Assembly (NCBI GenBank): GCA_963726755.1 | Contig: CAVSDB010000002.1 | Coordinates: 154,889 to 218,888 of the forward strand | Length of the DNA stretch: 64,000 nt | From: an uncultured Actinomycetota bacterium | Lineage (GTDB): Bacteria; Actinomycetota; Actinomycetes; JAHEKZ01 | Direction of reading: 5' to 3' | Made by a program: the position numbers and the translations under genes | The notes under the pieces: model-generated | What the model was told of the DNA's origin: nothing | Database searches by the model: none | What the model saw: only the letters and a program-made list of their open reading frames with translations | Part shown: piece after piece, positions 34,501-43,521 of the stretch | Position numbering within the stretch: the stretch's first letter is position 1 | Layout of the letters: every line of letters starts with the position of its first letter

Positions 34501-35297
34501 GAACGTCCGACCAGTCGAATGTCACCAAAGGCTGCGACAACACGACGATGCTCTGGAGGGGCGTGGCCACTGCGAAGAAGCGAACGCAGCCCCTCTGGGA
34601 CAAATGCCGAGTTGCCCGAGGGTGGTTCAGTTGGATTCCACGACAGCTCCGCCTCCGACATCGAAGCGACTCGAGAACGGGTGAGCCGAACCGCACCGGT
34701 GGGCAATTTCGCCAGGGTCTCACCAGCCACGGCCGTGGCCTCAAGTGCAAGTGCGGAATCGACGCCCGGACCGATCAGGAACCAGTGACGTCGAAACCCT
34801 TCCGTAACGACGAGCAAGGCTCGCCCGGAAGCAACCCCCACTGACATCCGAAGACGGACCGCTCCTCCGTCGGTTTCGACTCTCCCCACCTCTGCGACGG
34901 CTTGCTGCATCCTCACAGCGGTCACGCTGGCGCGCTGAACATGGTGCGTCCCACGAAACACGATGAAGAGGGCGTCGCCACCGAAGAACAGCACGTCGCC
35001 ACCGTGCTGAAGAACGACGTCAATCAGAGACGTGAAGCACCGATTGATCGCATCGGAGATCTGCTCCGCGCCGATCCGACCGTGTCCTGCGAGCCTCTCG
35101 GAAAGTTTGGTGAACCCAGAGATGTCTGCCGACACGAACGTCCCCGCGACAGCCAGCGTCGTCTCCCCCGCGGTTACCTCGGCCAGGATTCGGGGCGTAT
35201 AGGCAGCAACCGGATCCTTCAGCGGAACTTGCCGCCCCCCGGCGCCGTTGCCGATGGCGAAAGTTCCCAGACCCCAGCGTCCTGGAACAGACCCCAA
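31512..35297 (-). CDS. Tandem class III nucleotidyl cyclase (two CHD domains) fused to a STAND/AAA ATPase and TPR array; no LuxR HTH
   Basis: CHD1 (FVSADISGFT...GGDALFIVF) supplies the metal-binding Asp residues. CHD2 (TLGDTINTAARL) supplies the N/R transition-state residues. A Walker A (VGAPGSGKTQLL) follows, and then about 600 aa of TPR-like helical repeats. The ORF is uninterrupted (1261 aa). Confidence 0.8.
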   Translation of the reverse strand: MGSVPGRWGLGTFAIGNGAGGRQVPLKDPVAAYTPRILAEVTAGETTLAVAGTFVSADISGFTKLSERLAGHGRIGAEQISDAINRCFTSLIDVVLQHGGDVLFFGGDALFIVFRGTHHVQRASVTAVRMQQAVAEVGRVETDGGAVRLRMSVGVASGRALLVVTEGFRRHWFLIGPGVDSALALEATAVAGETLAKLPTGAVRLTRSRVASMSEAELSWNPTEPPSGNSAFVPEGLRSLLRSGHAPPEHRRVVAAFGDIRLVGRSLQDRAATLLKAMATVASVEDEMGVSVYETDVSRHGAKILLFTGVPVQSDDDELLMLAAVRRMVERDPTGRLAVGVHSGTAFTADVGHPLRRTYATLGDTINTAARLAAAASLGQVLASEAVMARSRGRYAVAGSLMLALKGKRVPVLAISVGDPVEAPVLRADAFFVGREAELATLNEALANHRAGRGASVEIVGAPGSGKTQLLTAFLRGAGEPTATIFGDVYGTTLPYRAVQRPLRNLVETRSPNLPDLSSESTLQSVVPAELSAVLPLIAAVLGVPTSSTPEVAAIDPSRVGDLTAYAVGDLIREQAAPPGMIVIEDAHWLDAASRGLLQHLQRVLLESGWLMVATRRPDSPRLWEDSEEVHLEPLSDAVLEQIAVNAAGERALSDADVSAIVRRAAGSPLFAAQLATYVAGGASSDSLPVSAERTIGARIDRLAPADRRLLRQVSVLGAEPSHALIAQSVDRDLSQLRGGWDALAEFVVVNGDGLTFRHDLVRLVAYEGLPHAERLRIHARAGRALSKAAGNAEDRQSISAALVGRHLAMGRRDGAALPWLDRAYEAALRLGAAQEAVECARFSVVSSARAGRSSRYQARTWERLAAAQAMAGDQADASRSFGRALQGRSAVEQARVLALRSQVEGRRGQYSLAVRWANQGLHLLDGVSGRTSLEVRTRLLIERASARCFQEKSQESSADAEHALSQARVLDSPVLLAEALLQAYLSRTLAHRRDAEIAVKEAIEILRVEDAGELLGASLLDLGTDQMFRGDWPAALASFAEAEEAFSRSGTVVGEAITRLNRAGIVLEQGHLQMAAEMNVNCERVLRAAGGPLSHLAQASLLRGRARESGTVEAAKAAQEIADVVDQARGSLDPRTLLDIQVYQLEALVLAWNSESALDLYRQISPSLAALAPDQVVAVTAARLAGLAMAQLGHSEAVSDIESTLDRARRSRADIEVARCIDALEELVPGSGSLMSLVPERDSIRARHGVIAEPLYLKRR

Positions 35298-36268
35298 CTG
35301 AACACCGCCGGTGCCGAAGCACCTTCAGGAGCCCAGAAGGCATCACGCGAAACGACCGTTACCGGACCCGATGCTGTCTGGAACTCGCAGGTGGCATACG
35401 CGTCCAGGATCGGCGCGACACCAGTCCGGTCGTCTGCTGTCGGCCACCTAAGGATGCGCTCCTGGTCGTACGACCGCGCGTAAATGGCCGAATCAAACGT
35501 GTCAATCCGAACCACGTTGGTCAGTGGGTCAAGCAAACCTGGGAAACCGTTCGCATCCTCTCCTCGGTAGCCCCACAGCAGCTGCGACGGCCCGGGCGTG
35601 CCGCCGGCGCTGCAAGCGGTTTGGGTTTGCCCGATCATCGGCAGATGAGCCTCAATGGGGCGCCCGGTGTCGTCAGTGGCGGTGACCACCGGATCTCCTG
35701 GACCGCCAGAGGCGTACTGAGCGACGGCAAACCGGTGGGGTACCCACGCATCGCAACCCGAATTCTTGGCGGTAATCGTTAGCCGCCAAGAGTCAGGGCT
35801 GTTCATCAGGTCGGGCTCACCGATGCGAGGGACCTCGAGGACCCAACGGACACGACCACCGTCTGGGAAGCGGATGGCAAACCTGTTCGGGTGGTTGCCC
35901 GGTTGGAATTGGGTGACGACCGGTGGGTTCGATACTGCCGCGAAGGGTTGTTGCGGCCCCGGCGAGACCTCGATCCGGTTGATCGGCGGCCTGTTGGAGA
36001 AGGCGTCGACCCCGTTGTAGCCAAACACCGCCTCTTTGGTGGTGTGGTTGATCCGGCGCACGCAGGTGACTCTTGGTAGCACCGATGGTCCGGTCTCAGG
36101 ACTAAGCCCAGCCAGTGGCTCGATGACTAACTTGAAGGCATTGGTGGTCGTCGTGGACCCTTTGGGGGTGCTCGTGGCGGCACTGACTGTGCCGGTCATG
36201 GATCCGGCGACCAGGGCCCAAGCCGTGAGGGCAGCGAGTGCGGTCCCGAACGCAAAACGCCTGTGCAT
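35219..36268 (-). CDS. Secreted protein of unknown function (signal peptide), immediately upstream of and overlapping the cyclase-STAND gene
   Basis: Start MHRRFAFGTALAALTAWALVAGSMTGTVSAA (Sec signal). Mature about 320 aa with no recognisable motif. The 3' end overlaps the downstream ORF by about 78 nt. Confidence 0.5.
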   Translation of the reverse strand: MHRRFAFGTALAALTAWALVAGSMTGTVSAATSTPKGSTTTTNAFKLVIEPLAGLSPETGPSVLPRVTCVRRINHTTKEAVFGYNGVDAFSNRPPINRIEVSPGPQQPFAAVSNPPVVTQFQPGNHPNRFAIRFPDGGRVRWVLEVPRIGEPDLMNSPDSWRLTITAKNSGCDAWVPHRFAVAQYASGGPGDPVVTATDDTGRPIEAHLPMIGQTQTACSAGGTPGPSQLLWGYRGEDANGFPGLLDPLTNVVRIDTFDSAIYARSYDQERILRWPTADDRTGVAPILDAYATCEFQTASGPVTVVSRDAFWAPEGASAPAVFSWGLFQDAGVWELSPSATAPGGGKFR

Positions 36269-36394
36269 GATTGGCTCACCTTCGCCACGGGCGTCCCTGG
36301 GCGAACCGCCCTGTATAACGGCCTCTCTACACCATTCGCGCTCCCTTTGGGGCCACTTTCCGTACTCGGCCAAGACCCATGCCACCAGGATTCG

Positions 36395-37963
36395 ATGACC
36401 GCCGGTAACTACCTAGATGTCAGCCAGATACATAGGCTGCCTGCCATGACTCCACTGCCAACGACCGAACGCCTCGGCGCGGTTCTTGATCTGATGATTC
36501 CCAGCGCGCGTGAGGAAGCCGGCCACCACAAGTACGACGGGGTGCTCCAGGACTTGTCCAACAGTGCGGTCAAGTCAGGGTTGGACCGACTTGGTGGAGC
36601 CACCCTCGATGACTCACACGACGAGGCACACTTGGCTGCGTTTGAGGCCGGTCTTGTCGTGCTGTTCAGAGATTTGGAAGCGCACCGCACCAACCCACTC
36701 CTCCACCTCAGCAACCTCGACGTCTCCTGCTACCTCAAGGAGTACGCACCGGAAGCTGAACGTCATGAGGCGATGCGCAAACACATCGCTGGCTGGCCGG
36801 ACGCGATCGACGTCGCAATCTCGACGCTCGACCAAGTCGCTGCGCCGGTTGCAACTGCACTCCTGGACGCGATCAAGGGCTTGGGGGCATCGCTGCCGCC
36901 AGACTGGCCGGAGTCCGGACCAGCCAAGGCAGCCCATGCCCGACTGGTCGCACACATCGAGACCTGCGCAAAGACTGGACGTCCTGATGCGGCGATCGGT
37001 GAGAAGGCACTCGCCAAATTCATGGGCACGATCGACGCCAGCACGGTTGATCTCGGCCTACTTGAAGCGAAAGCAGACGCTGAGGGCCTACGACTCCAAC
37101 AAATGCTGGACGAGGCTTGTCAGGCTTTGCGCCCCGGAGCGAGCACCGCGACAACCGTCGCTGAGTTGATTCACGACTCGCCAGCGGCGGACGAACTCGT
37201 CCCGATTGCCCAGGCTCGTACCGCTGAGGTCATCGAGTTCACGCGCAATCAGGATCTGGTCCCTTACATCGACGGCGAGTGCCGCGTTGGGATCGCCCCA
37301 GAGGCTCGGCGCTGGGGCATCGCGATGTTGAGCTGGTCCGCCCCCGGCGAGCCGGACTCGCCATCGCTCTACGACATCACGCCCCCTGACGAGTCGTGGT
37401 CACCCGAGGAGCAGAGCGAGTGGCTGTCGATGTTCAACCCGACGTCAATGCTGGTCATTACCGCACACGAAGTTGCACCCGGACACTTTGCCCACGGACG
37501 TGCACTGCGGCGCGCACCCGGAGCGGTTCGGCAGAGCCTGTTCGGCTACGCCTTCGCCGAAGGGTGGGCGCACTACACAGAGGAACTGATGCTTGAGGTC
37601 GGGTTTCGTTCCGAAGACAAGCGCTTCCAAGTCGGCGTCGCCCTTGAGGCACTTGTGCGACTGACGCGATTGGCGTGCGCAATCGGAATCCATCGCGGGT
37701 CGATGACCGTGGACGAAGCCACCGCTCGGTTCGAGGAGAAGGCGTACGCCGCTCCGCCCATCGCCCGTTCTGAAGCGCGAAGAGGCACCTTCGACCCCGG
37801 CTATGGCATGTACACGTGGGGTAAGTGGCAGATTCTCCAAGCGCGTGAGGAAGCCAAGGCTGCGTGGGGGAATGAGTACACACTTCGTCGGTTCCACAAC
37901 GCGCTGCTCGATCTGGGCTCACCGCCACTTGGACTGATCGGCACGGCGATCGAACGCGGTTAG
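36395..37963 (+). CDS. DUF885-family protein (putative metallopeptidase-like)
   Basis: HEVAPGHFAH motif and overall DUF885-like architecture. Start taken at MTAGNY; the listed ORF begins at 36263. Confidence 0.55.
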   Translation: MTAGNYLDVSQIHRLPAMTPLPTTERLGAVLDLMIPSAREEAGHHKYDGVLQDLSNSAVKSGLDRLGGATLDDSHDEAHLAAFEAGLVVLFRDLEAHRTNPLLHLSNLDVSCYLKEYAPEAERHEAMRKHIAGWPDAIDVAISTLDQVAAPVATALLDAIKGLGASLPPDWPESGPAKAAHARLVAHIETCAKTGRPDAAIGEKALAKFMGTIDASTVDLGLLEAKADAEGLRLQQMLDEACQALRPGASTATTVAELIHDSPAADELVPIAQARTAEVIEFTRNQDLVPYIDGECRVGIAPEARRWGIAMLSWSAPGEPDSPSLYDITPPDESWSPEEQSEWLSMFNPTSMLVITAHEVAPGHFAHGRALRRAPGAVRQSLFGYAFAEGWAHYTEELMLEVGFRSEDKRFQVGVALEALVRLTRLACAIGIHRGSMTVDEATARFEEKAYAAPPIARSEARRGTFDPGYGMYTWGKWQILQAREEAKAAWGNEYTLRRFHNALLDLGSPPLGLIGTAIERG

Positions 37964-38778
37964 ATCTGCGGCCAGATCTTGTTGGCACCTGGAATGCAAC
38001 CCTGGTGACGTCCCAGTCGGTGCAGTCCTTCCGAGTCACCTTGTTTGTAGGTGCTTTGGTGGCGACTAAGGATCGTTGGGTACATCAGTTCGCTCGTGCT
38101 ACCGACGTGGCTGAGGCCAATGGCGTGACCAATCTCGTGCTGCAGCAATGAGCCTCGAGTAACGCCTGAGCCGAAGCCGGGTGCGTAGATGTGATTGTCC
38201 GCCGAGTTGATGACGACGTAGCCCCTGCCCACCGCTGCCTGCCAGTGCGACTTCTCGTCGGTCCACCCTCGCAGGATCCAGCCGCCGACGCCAGAGACAT
38301 AACCGTCTCCCGAGGTCGCGAGCAAATCGGTGTGGTACTTCTTCCGGCTCTCGTCCACCCAAGCCACGACAATCTCGGCGACCTTCTGACGCTCCGACCA
38401 TCGGGCGGTCGGGGTATTGCGAGGCAACTCATGGGTACGACCAGCAAACTTAAAGGTCAGACCACTTCGCTGTCCTGCTCGAGCGAAGGATCCACGAACG
38501 TCACGAACGGCCCGTGCCCTCGCGTGAGCACTGTGGCCAGCTAGCCGTGGGTTAACCGCGAATGTGATGGTCTGGCAGGGGTTCCATCGAACGAGGTGGT
38601 GACCGCCGTCAGGGTCGGTCCAGGTATTGACATTGAACGGGTCGCCGGACGCGTCTGCAGAAAACTGCGACAACGTCGCTGGTGCAACCAACCCGACGGT
38701 GACGGCCAAAACAGTGGCCATCAAACCCACGAGTCGTCGACGACTCCCACCCATGCCATTCCTCCTCGAAGCCTGCAC
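37960..38778 (-). CDS. Secreted zinc metalloprotease (metzincin, matrixin/M10-like)
   Basis: Signal peptide, HEIGHAIGLSH zinc-binding motif and a downstream Met-turn (ELMYP). Confidence 0.6.
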   Translation of the reverse strand: MQASRRNGMGGSRRRLVGLMATVLAVTVGLVAPATLSQFSADASGDPFNVNTWTDPDGGHHLVRWNPCQTITFAVNPRLAGHSAHARARAVRDVRGSFARAGQRSGLTFKFAGRTHELPRNTPTARWSERQKVAEIVVAWVDESRKKYHTDLLATSGDGYVSGVGGWILRGWTDEKSHWQAAVGRGYVVINSADNHIYAPGFGSGVTRGSLLQHEIGHAIGLSHVGSTSELMYPTILSRHQSTYKQGDSEGLHRLGRHQGCIPGANKIWPQI

Positions 38779-38811
38779 TTTGGTCTTCGGCGGAGAAGCG
38801 CCCAGCGCTGA

Positions 38812-39803
38812 CTACTCCATGCGAGGGAGGGGGTTGGGCCAACCGGGTGACGCTAGGAATCCTGAGTAGCCGAGGTTGCTCAGAACAGACGCGTTGGCCA
38901 GCCGACGTCTGGCATCGAGGACCGACGGGTCTTCGTTGCCCACGAGGTCGAGCAAACCGAGCAGATGGTCCGTCGCTTGCTTACGTTCGTCGCCGGAGAG
39001 CCGGCTGACCAACGCGATGAGACGATCGAAGGCGCGGTCTACCGCACCGCCGAGGAGCTCAAGGTCGGCAGCCAGCAACTGCGGTTCCACCGAATCGGGA
39101 GAAGCGGCGGCCAGTTTCAGCGTTTGCTCCACGTCCACGCCCTTGGTGCGACGCATCAGGTCAACCCGCGCCAACCCCTGAGTCGCCTCGATGTCGCCGG
39201 GTCGGGTCGCCAACACCTGCTGGTAGGCACTGGCTGCCCCGTCAAGATCGTCCGCAGCGAAGGCGGCGTCGGCTGCATCCAGTTCTGGGTCGATGGGCTC
39301 CTCACCGGGCTGCTCCTCGACGGTCGCGTCCGGCACGGTCCAGCCAGCGCAATCACTTGGTCAAGGAAGTCGCGAACTGACGCCTCCGGGAGCGCCCCTG
39401 AGAATCCTGGGATCACCTGACCCTGCCAGACGACCATCACGGTCGGCACGCTTTGCACCTGCGCCGCCGCGGCTAACTGCGGGTTGGCGTCAACGTCGAT
39501 TGCCGCCAGCACCCAACGGCCGGCATCAGCCCCGACGAATCGCTCAAGAATGGGAGTGAGTTGCTTGCATGGCTCGCACCACGTCGCCCAGAAGTCGAGG
39601 ACGACCGGGACGGTGGCCGATCGCTGGACGACCTCTATTTCGAAATTGAGATCGGTGACCTCGATGACGGCGGGCGGTTCGACTGCGCCGCCGCCCGGCG
39701 ATGACGCCGCTGCCTCGGCTCGTTCTTGGGCTTCGCGCTGCTTCGCCAGCGCTGCCAGGTCAACGGCCCCATAGGGATTGAAGCCACCCGGCTGCTGCGT
39801 CAT
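38812..39803 (-). CDS. Thioredoxin-domain protein with TPR-like C-terminal domain (YbbN/CnoX-like), frameshift near 39330
   Basis: WATWCEPCK thioredoxin motif is in ORF 39156..39803. The helical C-terminal domain is in ORF 38812..39336. Confidence 0.65.
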
Positions 39804-41580
39804 GCGTCCATTGTCTTACAGCCGTCGGACTGGCCAACGAGCCGGTCAGAAACTCGGCGTCTCGACGTGAGCCACCGAAGACCCCGCGAAGCCCGTCGCA
39901 GATCTCCCCGACGGTGGCCTCGACTCGTACCGCCGCGAGCATCTCGGGTATGACGTTGCCGCCCTCACGCGCCCGAGCCACAAGCGCGTCGAGCGCTGCG
40001 TCTACGGCTGCCTGGTCGCGGTTGACTCGCCGGACCCGAAGCGACGCCACCTGGTCGGTTTCTACCTGTGACGAGATGCGGAGTACCTCAAGCGGTTCGG
40101 TCTGTGAATGACGGTGGGAGTTGACGCCGACCACGCGCTTGTCACCGGACTCCAGCGCCGACTGATAGGCGTATGCGGCGTCCGCGATGAGCGTTGTGAA
40201 CCAGCCGCTCTCGATGCCTGCGAGAATTCCCGATGTCATCGAACCGTCGCCCATCGACTCGATGCTCGCGAAAACTTCTTCTGCTTCTTGCTCGATCCGG
40301 TCAGTGAGGGCCTCGACATACCAAGACCCGCCGAGCGGATCAGCAACAGCGGTGACGCCGGTTTCTTCCATCAGCACATGCTGAGTCCGAAGCGCGATCT
40401 CGGCAGCCTGGTCGGTCGGCAGTGCCAACACCTCGTCCAGCGCGTTGGTATGTAACGAGTTTGTTCCGCCCAGCACTGCGGCGAGTGCCTCGATGGCCGT
40501 GCGCGTGACGTTGTTGTACGGCTGCTGCGCGGTGAGTGAAACACCTGCTGTCTGCGTGTGGAACTTCAGCCACTGAGCTCGCTCAGTCTGCGCGCCGAAT
40601 CGGTCTCGCATCCATCGCGCCCAAATGCGCCGAGCAGCCCGGAACTTCGCGATCTCCTCGAAGAAGTCGATATGCGCGTCGAAGAAGAACGTCAGCCGGG
40701 GCACGAAGGCATCGACGTCCAGACCTCGCGAAATCCCAAGCTCTACATAGGCGAATCCGTCAGCAAGCGTGAACGCCAACTCCTGCGCGGCGGTCGATCC
40801 GGCTTCTCGGATGTGATAGCCGCTGACGCTGATCGGATTGAACGCAGGCATGTTCACCTGAGTCCACTCCTGCAGGTCTCCGATCATCCGCAGGTGCGGC
40901 TCAGGTGGAAACAGCCATTCCTTCTGGGCGATGTACTCCTTGAGGATGTCGGTCTGCAACGTTCCGCTGAGTCGCGACGGCGCCACGCCACTTCGTTCGG
41001 CGGCAACGACGTAGCAGCAGAAGACCGGCAATGACGGTCCGCTAATCGTCATCGACGTCGTCACTTGGTCGAGTGGAACGGCCGCGAAGAGTTCGGTCAT
41101 ATCCGCAGCCGAGTCGACCGCGACGCCGCAATGGCCGACTTCTCCGAGCGCCTGCGGAGCATCGGAGTCGTAACCCATCAGGGTGGGCATGTCGAAGGCG
41201 ACGCTCAGCCCGTGGCTGCCGTGCTCAAGCAGCGCGCGAAACCGTTGGTTGGTCTGGTTGGCACTCCCGAAGCCGGCGAACTGCCGAATCGTCCAGGGCT
41301 TGCCGCGGTAACCGGTCGAGTGGATCCCCCGAGTGAACGGATACTCCCCTGGCCAGCCGATCCGGTCGAATCCGGGAACCTCACCACCGGGAGGCGGCCC
41401 GTAGACGGGCTGTAACGGAGATCCCGAGAGCGTGGTGGGGTCCGGCTGGCTCACCGCACCTGACCGCAGCGCCTCGGCGTAGCGCAAACTCCAGGCCGAT
41501 CGGCCACGTTCGATCGAGTCGGCATCCATGGGCCCAGCGTAAACACGCCGTTTCTCGGTTTCAGTTGCACTTCCAATCAA
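39760..41580 (-). CDS. Acyl-CoA mutase catalytic subunit without B12-binding domain (IcmA/HcmA-like)
   Basis: Full mutase TIM-barrel (KPWTIRQFAGFGS...NNVTRTAIEALAAVLGGT). It ends after the linker (ATVGEICDGLRGVFG) with no DxHxxG B12 domain. An alternative start is MDADS at 41528. Confidence 0.75.
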   Translation of the reverse strand: MIGSATETEKRRVYAGPMDADSIERGRSAWSLRYAEALRSGAVSQPDPTTLSGSPLQPVYGPPPGGEVPGFDRIGWPGEYPFTRGIHSTGYRGKPWTIRQFAGFGSANQTNQRFRALLEHGSHGLSVAFDMPTLMGYDSDAPQALGEVGHCGVAVDSAADMTELFAAVPLDQVTTSMTISGPSLPVFCCYVVAAERSGVAPSRLSGTLQTDILKEYIAQKEWLFPPEPHLRMIGDLQEWTQVNMPAFNPISVSGYHIREAGSTAAQELAFTLADGFAYVELGISRGLDVDAFVPRLTFFFDAHIDFFEEIAKFRAARRIWARWMRDRFGAQTERAQWLKFHTQTAGVSLTAQQPYNNVTRTAIEALAAVLGGTNSLHTNALDEVLALPTDQAAEIALRTQHVLMEETGVTAVADPLGGSWYVEALTDRIEQEAEEVFASIESMGDGSMTSGILAGIESGWFTTLIADAAYAYQSALESGDKRVVGVNSHRHSQTEPLEVLRISSQVETDQVASLRVRRVNRDQAAVDAALDALVARAREGGNVIPEMLAAVRVEATVGEICDGLRGVFGGSRRDAEFLTGSLASPTAVRQWTHDAAAGWLQSLWGR

Positions 41581-41590
41581 CTTTAAGTAT

Positions 41591-41613
41591 CTTTCCTATC
41601 GACTTAGTAGGAA
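41591..41613. promoter_or_regulatory. Inverted repeat TTTCCTA-N9-TAGGAAA in the mutase/ABC-operon divergent promoter
   Basis: 7-bp perfect arms about 20 nt upstream of the AAGGAGA ribosome-binding site of the binding-protein gene. It is a candidate operator, possibly for the operon-encoded Rrf2 regulator. Confidence 0.3.
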
Positions 41614-41632
41614 ACAACCAGAAGGAGAACCC

Positions 41633-42736
41633 GTGTTTCGTCGTTTGAGTTCCCACGGCCGCTATCTGCGGATAGCCGGCGCACTCGCGGTTGTCGGGCT
41701 GGCTATGGCCGCCTGCAGCTCGTCGGACGCCAGCACCAACGCAAGCGGCTCCGCGAGCCCATCGTCGACGGCGGAGTTGACGAACCTGCGCCTCGGCTTC
41801 TTCCCGAACGTCACCCACGCCCCCGCGCTGGTTGGTCTACAAGACGGCTTGTTCAAGAAGTACCTCGACCCGCTGGGCGTCAAGGTGACCCCGACGGTCT
41901 TCAACGCCGGCCCCGACGCTGTCACCGCCCTGTTCAGCGACTCACTGGACATCTCCTACGTTGGGCCAAACCCCACGATCAATGCCTGGGTCCAGTCGCA
42001 AGGTGACGCCGTAAAGGTCATCTCAGGCTCAACCTCTGGCGGTGCGTCGTTGGTTGTCTCCGACGACATCAAGACCCCAGAAGACCTGGCCGGCAAGACT
42101 CTCGCCACCCCGCAGCTCGGCAACACGCAGGACGTGGCATTGCGCTACTACCTGAAGCAGCAGGGTTACGAGACCGATGTCGATGGCGGCGGCGACGTCA
42201 GCATCCTTCCTCAGTCGAACTCCGAAGCGCTAACGGCGTTCGGCACCGGTGACATTGACGGCGCCTGGGTGCCGGAGCCGTACGCAACCCTGTTCCAGGA
42301 GCAGGGCGCTCACGTGCTAGTCGACGAGAAGACGCTCTGGCCGCAGGGCAAGTTCGTTACGACCGACATCGTCGTCCGCACCGACTTCCTCAATGAGCAC
42401 CCCGACGTCGTCGAGGCGTTCCTCAAGGGACACGTTGACGCGCTCCAGGCCATCGAGAAGGACCCGGCCGCGGCACAGGAGGCGGTCAACACCAGCCTCA
42501 CGGCACTGACCGGTTCGGCGCTTGACCCTCAGACCTTGGCCAATGCCTGGAAGCAGGTGGACTTCACCGCGGATCCGCTGCAGGCGACTCTCGAAGAGTC
42601 GGCGGCACATGCGATTGACGTTGGCCTGCTCGACGCCGACCAGTACGAGGCAGCAGGTGACATCAACGATCTCTACGACCTGACGATGCTCAACGCCATT
42701 CTGAAGAAGCAGGGCCTCCCGGAGGTCACCTCATGA
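41633..42736 (+). CDS. ABC transporter substrate-binding lipoprotein (NitT/TauT, SsuA/NMT1-like)
   Basis: Lipobox LAMAAC after the signal peptide and a periplasmic-binding-protein type 2 fold. It is followed by matching ATPase and permease genes. Confidence 0.8.
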   Translation: MFRRLSSHGRYLRIAGALAVVGLAMAACSSSDASTNASGSASPSSTAELTNLRLGFFPNVTHAPALVGLQDGLFKKYLDPLGVKVTPTVFNAGPDAVTALFSDSLDISYVGPNPTINAWVQSQGDAVKVISGSTSGGASLVVSDDIKTPEDLAGKTLATPQLGNTQDVALRYYLKQQGYETDVDGGGDVSILPQSNSEALTAFGTGDIDGAWVPEPYATLFQEQGAHVLVDEKTLWPQGKFVTTDIVVRTDFLNEHPDVVEAFLKGHVDALQAIEKDPAAAQEAVNTSLTALTGSALDPQTLANAWKQVDFTADPLQATLEESAAHAIDVGLLDADQYEAAGDINDLYDLTMLNAILKKQGLPEVTS

Positions 42737-43521
42737 GTCAACCGACTCTGCTGGCTCCCTCGACGGACGATCCGTCGGGGGGGTCAGCGCTCAGCGTTCG
42801 TGGTCTGACGAAGACCTTCGGGCACGGGCCATCAGCAACAGTTGCGCTCGACGGGGTCGATCTACAGGTCGCCCGTGGGGAGTTCGTCACCATCGTCGGT
42901 GCGTCGGGTTGCGGTAAGAGCACGTTGCTGTCGATCGTTGCCGGTCTCGACGAGCCAACCAGCGGCACGGTCACGACCGACGGCAAGGTGTCATTGATGT
43001 TCCAGGAAGCAACGCTGCTGCCCTGGCTCACTGCGTCGCGCAACATCGAACTCGCATTGCGGCTTCGCGGTGTCCCCCGGGCAGACCGCCAGGACAAGGT
43101 CAACGAATTGCTCGAACTTGTTCGCCTCGAGAGCAACGCAAACAAGCGCCCCCACGAACTGTCCGGTGGTATGCGGCAGCGCGTCGCGTTGGCTCGCGTG
43201 CTGGCACAGGACGCCAAGATCGTGCTCATGGACGAGCCGCTTGGTGCGCTCGACGCCATGACTCGCGACCGGATGCACGACGAAATCGAGCGCATCTGGT
43301 CAACCGTCGGACTCACCGTCCTGTTCGTTACTCACAACATGCGCGAGGCAGTCCGACTTGGCGACCGCGTCGTACTCATGAGCAGTTCCCCCGGTCGCAT
43401 CAAGCTCGAAGAGACCATTTCGCTTCAGCGACCACGGGTCATCGACTCGCCTGAGATTGCCGGATACGCAGCGAATCTGACCGAGGCACTACGCGATGAG
43501 GTGGCTGCCCATGTCCGTTGA
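42733..43521 (+). CDS. ABC transporter ATP-binding protein (SsuB/TauB-like)
   Basis: Walker A GASGCGKST, signature LSGGMRQR and Walker B IVLMDEP. Confidence 0.88.
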   Translation: MSQPTLLAPSTDDPSGGSALSVRGLTKTFGHGPSATVALDGVDLQVARGEFVTIVGASGCGKSTLLSIVAGLDEPTSGTVTTDGKVSLMFQEATLLPWLTASRNIELALRLRGVPRADRQDKVNELLELVRLESNANKRPHELSGGMRQRVALARVLAQDAKIVLMDEPLGALDAMTRDRMHDEIERIWSTVGLTVLFVTHNMREAVRLGDRVVLMSSSPGRIKLEETISLQRPRVIDSPEIAGYAANLTEALRDEVAAHVR

